This document shows, in pieces, positions 8,594 to 18,915 of a stretch of DNA of 64,000 bases (position 1 is the first letter of the stretch; each line of letters opens with the position of its first letter). The notes under the pieces were generated by a model that made no database searches, was not told the DNA's origin, and saw only the letters and a list, made by a program, of their open reading frames with translations. Both the position numbers and the translations under genes were made by a program. Origin of the DNA: an uncultured Nitrospirota bacterium (GTDB lineage Bacteria; CG2-30-53-67). The stretch is taken from assembly GCA_947259355.1 (NCBI GenBank), contig CAMYMF010000005.1, positions 43,654-107,653 of the forward strand, given 5' to 3'.

Positions 8594-8636
8594 GGGCTGT
8601 CGGCGGCACCGGGCTCCGCCGACAGCCTCTTTTTTT
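8594..8636 (+). terminator. Rho-independent terminator (second, backup terminator after the RNA)
   Basis: GGCUGUCGGCGG-caccgggcu-CCGCCGACAGCC followed by CUCUUUUUUU. Confidence 0.75.
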
Positions 8637-8811
8637 GCCGCGAGCCCGGATATTGCATGAGTGATCGTGATGAGAGGCCGGATAAGCCGCCGTATGCGGC
8701 GTTGCAGAAGAATTTCCTGACTTCGAAATATTGCAATATGTCCTCAGCCACAAAATCTTCTGCGCCTTGCCTGCGGCGCTTCTTCGGCCTCGCAATAGAC
8801 TTACGCATGCA

Positions 8812-10062
8812 CTATTCGGGCTGGGAGCGGGGCAAGCGAATTCGGCGGACTCTTTCGACCACAGGGGGATGGGAGTAGTAGAAAGCAGCGTACCACGGAT
8901 GGGGATGGAGGTTGGAAAGATTGTCTCTGGCCAGCTTAACCAGAGAGGAGGCAAGCCCTTCGGCATCCCCGGTGACTTGCACAGCGAAGGCATCGGCCTC
9001 GCGCTCATAGCGGCGCGTCAACGCAGCGAACACCGGGGTCAGCGGAAAAGAGACGATCCCGAAGAGAAACCCCAGAATGAGCACTTTGGCATAGAAAGAG
9101 GGCGGTGTCACCCCGAAGAGCTTAGTCAGCAGATCGGACCGCGTGAACAAAAATGCCAGATAGCACGCCCCCAGCGCGAGCAGCTGGGACAGGACAATGC
9201 CCTTGAGCAGGTGCCGCTTCTTCCAGTGGCCGCCTTCATGGGCGAGCACCGCCAGGATCTCCCGCCGATCGAGCTTTTCGAGCAGCGTGTCGAACAAGAC
9301 GATACGCTTGACCCGACCGATGCCGGTGAAGTAAGCATTGGAATGGGTGCTTCTCCGGGACGCATCCATCTTAAAGACCCGGCTGACCCGGATCCCGATT
9401 TTCTCCATCAGCCCGCGAATCTCCGCCTCCAGGTCCGGATCGTCCACCGCGGTGTATTTATTGAACAGCGGTTCGATAACGGTGGGGGAAATGTACATCA
9501 TGAAGAGCCCGAAGAACAGATAAAAGCACCAGACCGAGAACCACCAACCGCGGGGGCTTACCTGAACCAGCCAGAGCCCCCCCGCCAGGACGACGGCCAG
9601 TACGAGCGTCGAGACCACCAGGCCCTTTACCTGATCGGCCACCCATAAGCGGGGCGTCACCGTGTTGAAGCCAAATCGGTTCTCAATGCCGAAGGTGGTA
9701 TAGAGGTCGAAGGGAATGGAGAGCAGCGTGACGCACCCGGTGAGCAGCAGAAAGAACAAGATCCCCGATACAACGAACGAGCGGTCCCAGGAGAGAATGA
9801 GCTGGTTGTACCAGGGGAGTATCCCGCCGAAAAGAAAGATCAGAGTGAGCAGATGACGGAAGGCCGAGGCCGCGAAGCCGAAACGGGTATGGGTGAGCGT
9901 GTAGTCGCGGGTTCGGGTCAGGAGGTCCCCGTCGATGACCCCTGCAAATTCCGAAGGGACTTCGGCGCCGTGCGCGTCGAGATGGCGCAGGTTCATGAAC
10001 TTGAGGAGATACCCGACGAGCACCACCGCCAGATAGAGCACAAGAATCAACGTCAGCACCAC
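8812..10062 (-). CDS. M48 family zinc metalloprotease (Ste24/CAAX prenyl protease-like, multi-TM)
   Basis: 416 aa with multiple TM helices, the HExxH motif LAHEGGHWKKRH, and a downstream EREAD motif. Confidence 0.8.
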   Translation of the reverse strand: MVLTLILVLYLAVVLVGYLLKFMNLRHLDAHGAEVPSEFAGVIDGDLLTRTRDYTLTHTRFGFAASAFRHLLTLIFLFGGILPWYNQLILSWDRSFVVSGILFFLLLTGCVTLLSIPFDLYTTFGIENRFGFNTVTPRLWVADQVKGLVVSTLVLAVVLAGGLWLVQVSPRGWWFSVWCFYLFFGLFMMYISPTVIEPLFNKYTAVDDPDLEAEIRGLMEKIGIRVSRVFKMDASRRSTHSNAYFTGIGRVKRIVLFDTLLEKLDRREILAVLAHEGGHWKKRHLLKGIVLSQLLALGACYLAFLFTRSDLLTKLFGVTPPSFYAKVLILGFLFGIVSFPLTPVFAALTRRYEREADAFAVQVTGDAEGLASSLVKLARDNLSNLHPHPWYAAFYYSHPPVVERVRRIRLPRSQPE

Positions 10063-10089
10063 CGCACGCTCCCCACCTCTTGGTTTTGA

Positions 10090-12111
<2,022 letters not shown>

Positions 12112-12918
12112 TCATACTCCGGACGGTTTCGCAAAGCCCCTCTTTTCGCGGACCGCCATGAGCGCACCCGCTTCGTCCTGCCGGGCCGTCACCAGACGGA
12201 TGGGGCGCCCTGAACGGGCAAGGACTTCCCGGGCGGCTTCCAAGGCGAGGCCCTGTTGGTTGTTGACCTCACTGAGATGGGCCAGGACCACGCGGTCCAG
12301 GTCGCTGTGCATCAGCGCCTCCAGGAGCGATCGGGTGGTGTCGTTCGACAGATGTCCCCGCCGGGAAAGGATCCGCTGCTTGAGCGGCCACGCGTAGGGC
12401 CCTTCCTGAAGCATGGTCAGATCGTGGTTAGACTCCAGGATCAGGGTGTGCGAGCCTTTGAGCCGCTCTCGCACGCCCAGGGGCACATACCCCATGTCGG
12501 TGGCGAGACCCAGCTTGCTGCCGTTAGCACAAAAGGTGAATCCCACGGGATTGACCGCATCGTGGGGCACCGGGAAGGGGGTCACCTGCACATCCCCCAC
12601 CGCAAAGACACGGCTCGTCTGAAAGGGGACGACCGCTGGGAGCTGCCCCAACAGGGGGCCGGCGGCCACCTGCGTGGCAGGATGCATGTACACCGGGAGG
12701 GAAAAGCGCCGGGCAAAGACCCCTATGCCCAGGATATGGTCGCGGTGCTCATGGGTGACCAGAATGCCGTTCAGAGAGGCGGGCTCAACACCGAGACAGG
12801 CCAGTCGCCTCGCCAGCTCCCGGCCGCTCAGTCCACCGTCGATGAGCAGCTGCGTCTGCCCCGACTCCAGATAGACCGCGTTTCCGCCGCTTCCGCTCGC
12901 GAGTACCGAAAACCGCAC
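12112..12918 (-). CDS. MBL-fold metallo-hydrolase
   Basis: GTG at 12918 is preceded by AAGGGAGA and gives VRFSVLASGSGGNAVYLE...THEHRDHILG (HxHxDH). The longer track ORF (to 13317) overlaps the upstream gene and is rejected. Confidence 0.75.
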   Translation of the reverse strand: MRFSVLASGSGGNAVYLESGQTQLLIDGGLSGRELARRLACLGVEPASLNGILVTHEHRDHILGIGVFARRFSLPVYMHPATQVAAGPLLGQLPAVVPFQTSRVFAVGDVQVTPFPVPHDAVNPVGFTFCANGSKLGLATDMGYVPLGVRERLKGSHTLILESNHDLTMLQEGPYAWPLKQRILSRRGHLSNDTTRSLLEALMHSDLDRVVLAHLSEVNNQQGLALEAAREVLARSGRPIRLVTARQDEAGALMAVREKRGFAKPSGV

Positions 12919-12971
12919 TGTCTCCCTTTCTTCTGACGAAATCGGCCGCCTTCTGCCTGAAGGCGTCGCTC

Positions 12972-13769
12972 TCATTCTACGATGACGCCCGCATACCCCA
13001 CCACCTGAGCAAAATCGCCCGAGACCTCGCCGGAGGTCGCGTACCGGACGGTCCGGGCCCGAGTGGCCCCCAAGGCTTTGGCCGCCAGCAGCATGATGGT
13101 CGTCGGAATGACGCCGCACATGGAGATGGCCTGCTGCCGCACCGTCTCGTAGAGCCCCTGTGGGTCCAGTGCCTCCACGCGATCGAGCGCCAAGCGATCC
13201 TTTTGCGCCGCAGCGTCGTGGCTCTCGTAATGGGTCATGTCGGAACTGGCAACCAGGAGCACTGTCCGGCCGCTGTCGCGCACCGCGTCCGCCACGGCCC
13301 TGGCGATGGCGGCACACTGTTTGAAACTGAGTGTCATCAGGGTGATGGGAACAAACGCCTTCGTGCCGAGAACCTGCAAGAAGGGAAGTTGCACCTCGAT
13401 GGCATGCTCCCGACGGTGGGCGGTGGAGTCTTCCTCCAGCAGCTCCGAGCGCTCGAGAATGGCCAAGGCCAGCGTCTCGTCCACAGCCATTTCACCGAGC
13501 GGGGTCTGCCACCGGCCACGGCACATGATGGCGGCTTCCGCGCCCCGACCCGTGTGATTCGGGCTCAGGACAACGCAGACCTCGGGGAGCACAATCTGCG
13601 AGTAGACCTCTCCTGCCACGGCGCCCGAGTAAAGATACCCGGCATGGGGCACCACCACCCCCACAGCGTTGCCGGGCCGAGCGTCCACGAGAAACCCCTG
13701 CACCGAGCGTCGAAGCGTCTCAGGATCGGCGCTGTAGAACATGCCTGCCACAGCACTGGATCGGATCAT
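12972..13769 (-). CDS. AmmeMemoRadiSam system protein B (MEMO1 family)
   Basis: From the internal ATG the sequence is MIRSSAVAGMFYSADPETLRRSVQGFL...VVVPHAGYLYSGAVAGEVY...SSDMTHYE, the typical Memo pattern. Confidence 0.75.
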   Translation of the reverse strand: MIRSSAVAGMFYSADPETLRRSVQGFLVDARPGNAVGVVVPHAGYLYSGAVAGEVYSQIVLPEVCVVLSPNHTGRGAEAAIMCRGRWQTPLGEMAVDETLALAILERSELLEEDSTAHRREHAIEVQLPFLQVLGTKAFVPITLMTLSFKQCAAIARAVADAVRDSGRTVLLVASSDMTHYESHDAAAQKDRLALDRVEALDPQGLYETVRQQAISMCGVIPTTIMLLAAKALGATRARTVRYATSGEVSGDFAQVVGYAGVIVE

Positions 13770-13947
13770 GATCTCCGTCTCCTGCAGGACACATGGCCGG
13801 AAAAGATGCCCCACGTTAGCACAGAATGGACGCTCTGACAACAGCTTCCACCGCCCGGCACCCGCGTGGGAAAAACCGCCCATTAGAAATTGACACCCGC
13901 GCTGAAACATGCTGTAATAACGCCATTTCCTGGAGAAACATCCGTTT

Positions 13948-15138
13948 ATGATTCAGGTTGGTGTCGGTTGCTCAACCGAAGACAACACGATGGAGGCCGC
14001 CGCTGAAGCGTCCCGTCTGGCCATGGCCAGCGCCGGAATGGTGCGCGCGGATTTCGCTCTCATCTTCACCACGCCCCACCACAGAGAAGCCTACCAGGGC
14101 CTCCTCGAAACTGTGCGGGAGACAACGGGCGCACCCCATCTGGCAGGGTGCAGCGGCCTCGGCGTCCAGACGCACCAGGATGAGGTCGATCGCGGGCCGG
14201 GCATTGCTGTCATGGCTGTGGACTCGGACGTCCTGCACGGCTACACTTTCCTCTTCAGGGACTTGCTCATGCGCGAAGAAACCGTCGGACACGCCATCGG
14301 AGAGTTTACGCGCGAACTGAACCGGGGAGTTGATCTGCTGACCCTTCTCCCGGACCATGACTCCTTCCACGCCGCCCGCTTGCTGACAAGCATTGAAGAA
14401 GAGAGCAGCGGGCCCATCACCATTATCGGCGGGTGCGCATCGGGTAAGGATGCAGAGAATCCGCCGGTCCAGTTCAGCGAAAAGGGCGTCAGCACGGGCG
14501 CAGTCTCCGGCATCTATCTGACGGGGGAGTTCATGCACATCAGCGGCATCTCGCAAACCTGTCACCCCGTCAGCGGACCGCTGATTGTGACCAAAGCCGA
14601 CGGGAGTCGCGTCCTCGAACTGCGGGGGCGCCCGCCACTGGAGCACCTCTCCCAGATCATCAAAGGCCCCGTCTCCCATATCATTGCCCACGCCGTGGAC
14701 CACATCAAAATCGGCCTCACCGCAGACCCGTCCAGCACCGAACTGCAGGCAGGCAATTATGTGGTCCGTTCGATCACGGAGGTGAGCGGCACGGACGGCA
14801 GCCTGTCGACCAATGAAACCGTCCAAGAGGGGCAGCCCCTGTCCTTCGTGGTGGTCGATCCGAACAAAGCCTTGGCGGAGTTCGAAGAAATGGTGCAGAA
14901 CCTCGCCTTCTCCCTCACCGAGAGCCCGCCCCGCTTCGGTCTTTATTTCAATTCGGCCTCCCGGCGCGAACTCTTCGCACGATCCATGAACAAGGACATT
15001 CAGATCATCCGGAAACACTTTTCTGAGATGCCACTTCTGGGGCTTTCGAGCTTCGGGGAACTGGGCCCCATCCGTGGCATCAACACCTTCCACACCTTGT
15101 CAGGCATTCTGACGCTCATTTCGGACCCCGATACCTGA
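13948..15138 (+). CDS. FIST (N+C) domain signal-transduction protein
   Basis: 396 aa with ADFALIFTTPHHREAYQGLLETVRETTGAPHLAGCSGLG, later IGGCASG, and the C-terminal FGELGP pattern typical of FIST_N/FIST_C. Confidence 0.6.
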   Translation: MIQVGVGCSTEDNTMEAAAEASRLAMASAGMVRADFALIFTTPHHREAYQGLLETVRETTGAPHLAGCSGLGVQTHQDEVDRGPGIAVMAVDSDVLHGYTFLFRDLLMREETVGHAIGEFTRELNRGVDLLTLLPDHDSFHAARLLTSIEEESSGPITIIGGCASGKDAENPPVQFSEKGVSTGAVSGIYLTGEFMHISGISQTCHPVSGPLIVTKADGSRVLELRGRPPLEHLSQIIKGPVSHIIAHAVDHIKIGLTADPSSTELQAGNYVVRSITEVSGTDGSLSTNETVQEGQPLSFVVVDPNKALAEFEEMVQNLAFSLTESPPRFGLYFNSASRRELFARSMNKDIQIIRKHFSEMPLLGLSSFGELGPIRGINTFHTLSGILTLISDPDT

Positions 15139-15212
15139 GACAGCCTCTCTGGACAAATCGCCGAAGCGGTGCTATTGATTATGCAAAAGGGGGAGTTGCG
15201 CGCGATGGCGCA

Positions 15213-15407
15213 ATGGAGAAAATCGCCATGGAAATCCCACTCAATTCGGAAGAGGTCGCTATTCTTCGTGAGACCCTGTCTGCCGACGTTTCGGACCTCG
15301 GCATGGAGATCGCAGACACCGACCGGAAAGATTTCCGGGAAACATTGAAGCGACGTAAAAAGGTTCTGATGGAGATCTTGCAGAAGCTTTCCCGGGCGGC
15401 GGCCTGA
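15213..15407 (+). CDS. small helical hypothetical protein (64 aa)
   Basis: MEKIAMEIPLNSEEVAILRETLSADVSDLGMEIADTDRKDFRETLKRRKKVLMEILQKLSRAAA. The composition is protein-like, unlike the alternative frames. The SD is weak or distant. Confidence 0.4.
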   Translation: MEKIAMEIPLNSEEVAILRETLSADVSDLGMEIADTDRKDFRETLKRRKKVLMEILQKLSRAAA

Positions 15408-15478
15408 CAGCCGTTTTGGAGGGTGCTGAGAAGATCGTTTCGCATGCCGACGGCGAAGAAACGGGGGCGTTTGATTGC

Positions 15479-16171
15479 TCAATCCGCCGTACGAGGCTGG
15501 CGCAGCAGGGCCATCCTGGCCTTCCAGAACCATGGACGGTCCACACGCTTTTTGTGGGGGGGTGACCCCCGAAAGGCGTGCAGCGCTTCCCGGTAATACG
15601 TCTCGGCGCGCGAACGGTCCCCCCGCTGCAGCCACAGATCTCCCAATTTGAAAAAACCTTCCGAGCTAGAGGTGTGGATTGCGGTGAAGGATTCGTAGGC
15701 CTGCAGGGCCCCATCCAGATCGTCCCGCAACATGTGCAGATCCCCCAGCTTGAGGTAGGCCTCACCGTATCCGTACCGCGGATCGATGTCAATGGCGGCC
15801 CGCAGGTGTTCTTCCGCACGATCGAGCGCTCCCAGACGCAGATAACCCAACCCCAGATAATAACGGGTCTCTGCAATCTCGGCCATCTTCTCCAGTGCCC
15901 GCTCCAGATGCCCCACGCCCTCCTGGTAGCGCTTCATTCCAATCAGCTCCCGGCCCAGATTGCTGAGGGCTTCGGCGTTGTGGGGATTGAGCATGACTTC
16001 CTGCCGCAGCCGGGCCATCTCTCGGCGACGGCGCATGGGACGGGAGAAATCGGGCAGCAAACCGATGAAACGCCGGTCGATAAGAAAATAGAGCGCCAGG
16101 ATGATGAGCAAGGAAAGCAGGGGGTTGCGCGTGATGAGCGTTAGAATGTAGAAGAGAAATATTTTGGACAT
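15479..16171 (-). CDS. membrane-anchored TPR repeat protein
   Basis: 230 aa with an N-terminal TM pair followed by about four TPR-like repeats (AEALSNLGRELIGMKRYQEGVGHLERAL..., YYLGLGYLRLGALDRAEEHLRAAIDIDP...). Confidence 0.7.
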   Translation of the reverse strand: MSKIFLFYILTLITRNPLLSLLIILALYFLIDRRFIGLLPDFSRPMRRRREMARLRQEVMLNPHNAEALSNLGRELIGMKRYQEGVGHLERALEKMAEIAETRYYLGLGYLRLGALDRAEEHLRAAIDIDPRYGYGEAYLKLGDLHMLRDDLDGALQAYESFTAIHTSSSEGFFKLGDLWLQRGDRSRAETYYREALHAFRGSPPHKKRVDRPWFWKARMALLRQPRTAD

Positions 16172-16185
16172 GGCGCGCGAAACCC

Positions 16186-16779
16186 TCAGGTGCTGGGTTT
16201 CTCCCCTTCACGAAATGCGCGCATGATCTCTTCCCGGGTCAGGATTGCCTGGAAGGGAACCCCCGCGGCTTCAATGTTTTCTCGACCGCCCTCCTGACGA
16301 TCGATAAGCGCAATGACCTGAACCACCGCCAACCGATGGTCCCGGGCGGCCCCGATGGCTTTGAGCGTAGAGCCTCCGGTGGTGATCACGTCATCCACCA
16401 CCACCACACGGTCCCCATCGGCCACATTCCCTTCGATGGGCAGTCGCGTCCCGTGTTTCTTGGCCGCCTTACGGACGATGAAAGCCTCGATAGGCCGGTG
16501 CTGGTGAAACGACGTATAGCTGATGGCATACGCGACAGGGTCGGCTCCCAGCGTCAACCCGCCCACCGCTTGAATATCCAGATCCCGCACCAGATCAAAG
16601 CCCAGGGTGCCCACCAGATACATCCCTTCGGGGTTCAGAACGGTGGTCTTGCAGTTGAAATAATACTGGCTCCGCCGTCCTGAGGCGAGCTGAAAAGTCG
16701 GCGCATCCCGGTACTGAAAGGATCGCTCAAGCACAATCTGAATCAGCCGTTCTTTCAAAGACGCCATCGTGCTGTCCAT
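16186..16779 (-). CDS. pyrE: orotate phosphoribosyltransferase
   Basis: From the internal ATG after AAGGAGG: MDSTMASLKERLI...FQLASGRRSQYYFNCK...VVVVDDVITTGGST (PRPP-binding loop). The start may instead be 16767. Confidence 0.9.
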   Translation of the reverse strand: MDSTMASLKERLIQIVLERSFQYRDAPTFQLASGRRSQYYFNCKTTVLNPEGMYLVGTLGFDLVRDLDIQAVGGLTLGADPVAYAISYTSFHQHRPIEAFIVRKAAKKHGTRLPIEGNVADGDRVVVVDDVITTGGSTLKAIGAARDHRLAVVQVIALIDRQEGGRENIEAAGVPFQAILTREEIMRAFREGEKPST

Positions 16780-16959
16780 TCTCCTCCTTCGGCTCGTTGG
16801 GATGGCTTTCGATACATGGCGACACAAATAGTTGGGCGTACAGAGCGACAGAACAAAGCAGACCGCGGCGCGACGAAGTCGAGGAGCGAGGTGTATCGAT
16901 CGTACTCCGCAGCGACGAGGCGAGGAAGCAACAAAGGTATGCAAAGTTATGTCGCTCTG

Positions 16960-16989
16960 TATATAATCGAAAACGGCGGGCTCTGTCAA
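16960..16989 (-). promoter_or_regulatory. sigma-70 promoter for pyrE, giving a leader of about 170 nt
   Basis: The minus strand has TTGACA (16989-16984), an 18-nt spacer and TATATA (16965-16960). It overlaps the mltG stop. Confidence 0.55.
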
Positions 16990-18011
16990 GGTACGCGGCG
17001 TCGCTGATACCGATCGACTGCCCGGTTGTGCTCCGCCAGGGTTTCTGAAAAAACATGGGTCCGGTCGTTGCGGGAGACGAAATAGAGGTACGAGGTGGCC
17101 GCCGGGTTTAGGGCGGCTTCGATCGAGCTGCGTCCGGGATTCGCAATGGGGGTCGGCGGCAGTCCTGCTCGCCGGTAGGTGTTGTAGGGACCGTCCCGGA
17201 TCAGATCCCGTCGCCGCAGATTGCCGTCGAAGTCTTCGATGCCGTAAATCACCGTGGGGTCGCTCTGGAGGCGCATCTTCTTCTGAAGCCGGTTGTGATA
17301 CACCGACGCGATGAGCGGGGCCTCACTCGCCACACCGGCTTCCTTTTCAATGATGGACGCCAGGGTCAGAAGCTGGTGCAGATTCAGGCCAAGCGTCTTC
17401 ATGCGAGCCCGTTTCGCCTCATCGAAGAGGGCCAGCATTTCGCGCACCATTTTACGGATCACCTGCTCTTCCATCACCCCTTTGGAAAAGGCGTAGGTTT
17501 CAGGCAGAAGATAGCCCTCCAGATGGGGAGCATCCACACCCAGGGAAGCAATGAACTCGCCATCCGAGGTGAGGGCGGTGAACCGCTCCTGCGAGAGCAC
17601 GAGGCTTTCGGCCACAATGGCCGCGACTTCCTCGATCCGCAGGCCCTCCGGCACGGTGACCCAATGCAGGACAGTCTCCCCCTTGCGCAGGTGCGCCAGG
17701 ATCTGCCGGGAGGACTGGGCCGCGGAGATCTCGTATTCCCCGGCCCGAATGTCGCCTTCGGAGGCTGTGAGGCGCACGAGCAGCTTGAACGCTCGGGGTG
17801 AGGCAATGAGGTTTCGCGTATGCAGGATTTCCGCCACGCCGCCGACACTCGTTCCCGGGAGAATGTCCACGATCTCCGGCGGCGATCCCGGCCGAACAGG
17901 CAGATGAAAGAGGGAATGAAGCCGGATTGCCATCAGAACGGCACCGCCCAGCACGATGAGCGCGATCAGTGCGAAGTAGGAGCTAGTCCTCATGGGCGCG
18001 CTCCCTGGCAA
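16986..18011 (-). CDS. mltG: endolytic murein transglycosylase MltG (YceG-like)
   Basis: 341 aa with an N-terminal TM helix. Contains LASIIEKEAGVASEAPLIASVYHNRLQKKMRLQSDPTVIYG and the C-terminal YNTY...GLPPTPIANPG motif. Confidence 0.9.
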   Translation of the reverse strand: MPGSAPMRTSSYFALIALIVLGGAVLMAIRLHSLFHLPVRPGSPPEIVDILPGTSVGGVAEILHTRNLIASPRAFKLLVRLTASEGDIRAGEYEISAAQSSRQILAHLRKGETVLHWVTVPEGLRIEEVAAIVAESLVLSQERFTALTSDGEFIASLGVDAPHLEGYLLPETYAFSKGVMEEQVIRKMVREMLALFDEAKRARMKTLGLNLHQLLTLASIIEKEAGVASEAPLIASVYHNRLQKKMRLQSDPTVIYGIEDFDGNLRRRDLIRDGPYNTYRRAGLPPTPIANPGRSSIEAALNPAATSYLYFVSRNDRTHVFSETLAEHNRAVDRYQRRRVP

Positions 18012-18411
18012 GACGGTCCAGGTATCCCTGCAGAATCAGCGCAGCGGCCATCTGATTTATGACCTGACGTCGCCGGGCGCGTCGGACATCCCCTTCGATC
18101 AATGTCTTTTCCGCAATGACGGTGGTTAGCCGCTCATCCTCGGTGACCACCGGTAGGTTGAAAACTTTGAGCCGCTCCACGAAGGCCAGTGCCTTCTTGG
18201 CGGAGGGCCCGAGGCTGCCGTCCATATTACGGGGAAGCCCAATGACCATCTGTTCCACGGCATATTCTTCGATCACGGCCCCCAGAGCCTCCAGATCCTT
18301 CCCGATTCCCCGGCGGCGGATCGTCTTCAGCGCCTGGGCCGTGAGACCCAGCTCATCGCTCACGGCGACACCGATGGTTTTCTCTCCGAAGTCGATTCCC
18401 AGAATTCTCAT
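17983..18411 (-). CDS. ruvX: Holliday junction resolvase-like protein RuvX (YqgF)
   Basis: From the internal ATG: MRILGIDFGEKTIGVAVSD...MVIGLPRNMDGS...DERLTT. Confidence 0.9.
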   Translation of the reverse strand: MRILGIDFGEKTIGVAVSDELGLTAQALKTIRRRGIGKDLEALGAVIEEYAVEQMVIGLPRNMDGSLGPSAKKALAFVERLKVFNLPVVTEDERLTTVIAEKTLIEGDVRRARRRQVINQMAAALILQGYLDRLARERAHED

Positions 18412-18537
18412 AATGGCCCGGGGGACAGAGCCGTGCATCCGCTGGGCAACCACCGCAACAACGCCCGGGCTCTAAACCCCCTGGACGTCAAGACCGGCAC
18501 TCCCATCCCGGGTGTGCCAAATCGACACATCTCTTCC

Positions 18538-18843
18538 CTAGGCTTCGTCACTTTTCTCCAACTTGGCCACCCGCCTGCTCAGAGCATTGACTTTTTTCTC
18601 CAGACTGGCCAGATCCTCCCGGGTCGGTAGATTCATCCGCTCCATGGCCGAGTGAATCATGTCCCGCCAAGTACCCTCTAGACTCTCCACATTCTTCTCG
18701 GCGGCCCCCATCAGATCCCGCAGCATGGAGCCGCTCTGCTCCTTGCTCACCTCCCCCTTGCGCACCAGCTCGTCTACATACTCTTTCAGCCTCTCCTGGA
18801 TGCCAAGGCCCACCAGCAATGCTCTCTTCACCGGCTCAAACAT
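18538..18843 (-). CDS. phasin-like / PHA granule-associated regulator family protein (COG3937-like)
   Basis: MFEPVKRALLVGLGIQERLKEYVDELVRKGEVS...LPTREDLASLEKKVNALSRRVAKLE, a coiled-coil pattern. Confidence 0.5.
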   Translation of the reverse strand: MFEPVKRALLVGLGIQERLKEYVDELVRKGEVSKEQSGSMLRDLMGAAEKNVESLEGTWRDMIHSAMERMNLPTREDLASLEKKVNALSRRVAKLEKSDEA

Positions 18844-18915
18844 AAGATCCCCTCCTGCAGTTAAGAAAAAGCGGACCCCCATGCCCCCGGGCGGAGGCTT
18901 CCGCCAGATCGTTTA

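Noticed and set aside
8337-9008. 223-aa minus-strand ORF across the 6S-like RNA region
   Set aside because: It overlaps the 3' end of the M48 gene out of frame and lies antisense to the promoter, RNA and terminator unit. Its composition is junk.
12919-13317. N-terminal extension of the MBL hydrolase ORF (track ORF 12112..13317)
   Set aside because: The extension overlaps the Memo-family gene out of frame. A GTG with a strong SD at 12918 gives a canonical MBL N-terminus.
13972-15093. 373-aa minus-strand ORF
   Set aside because: It is antisense to the FIST gene. The FIST frame has the family-like motifs and a sensible start.
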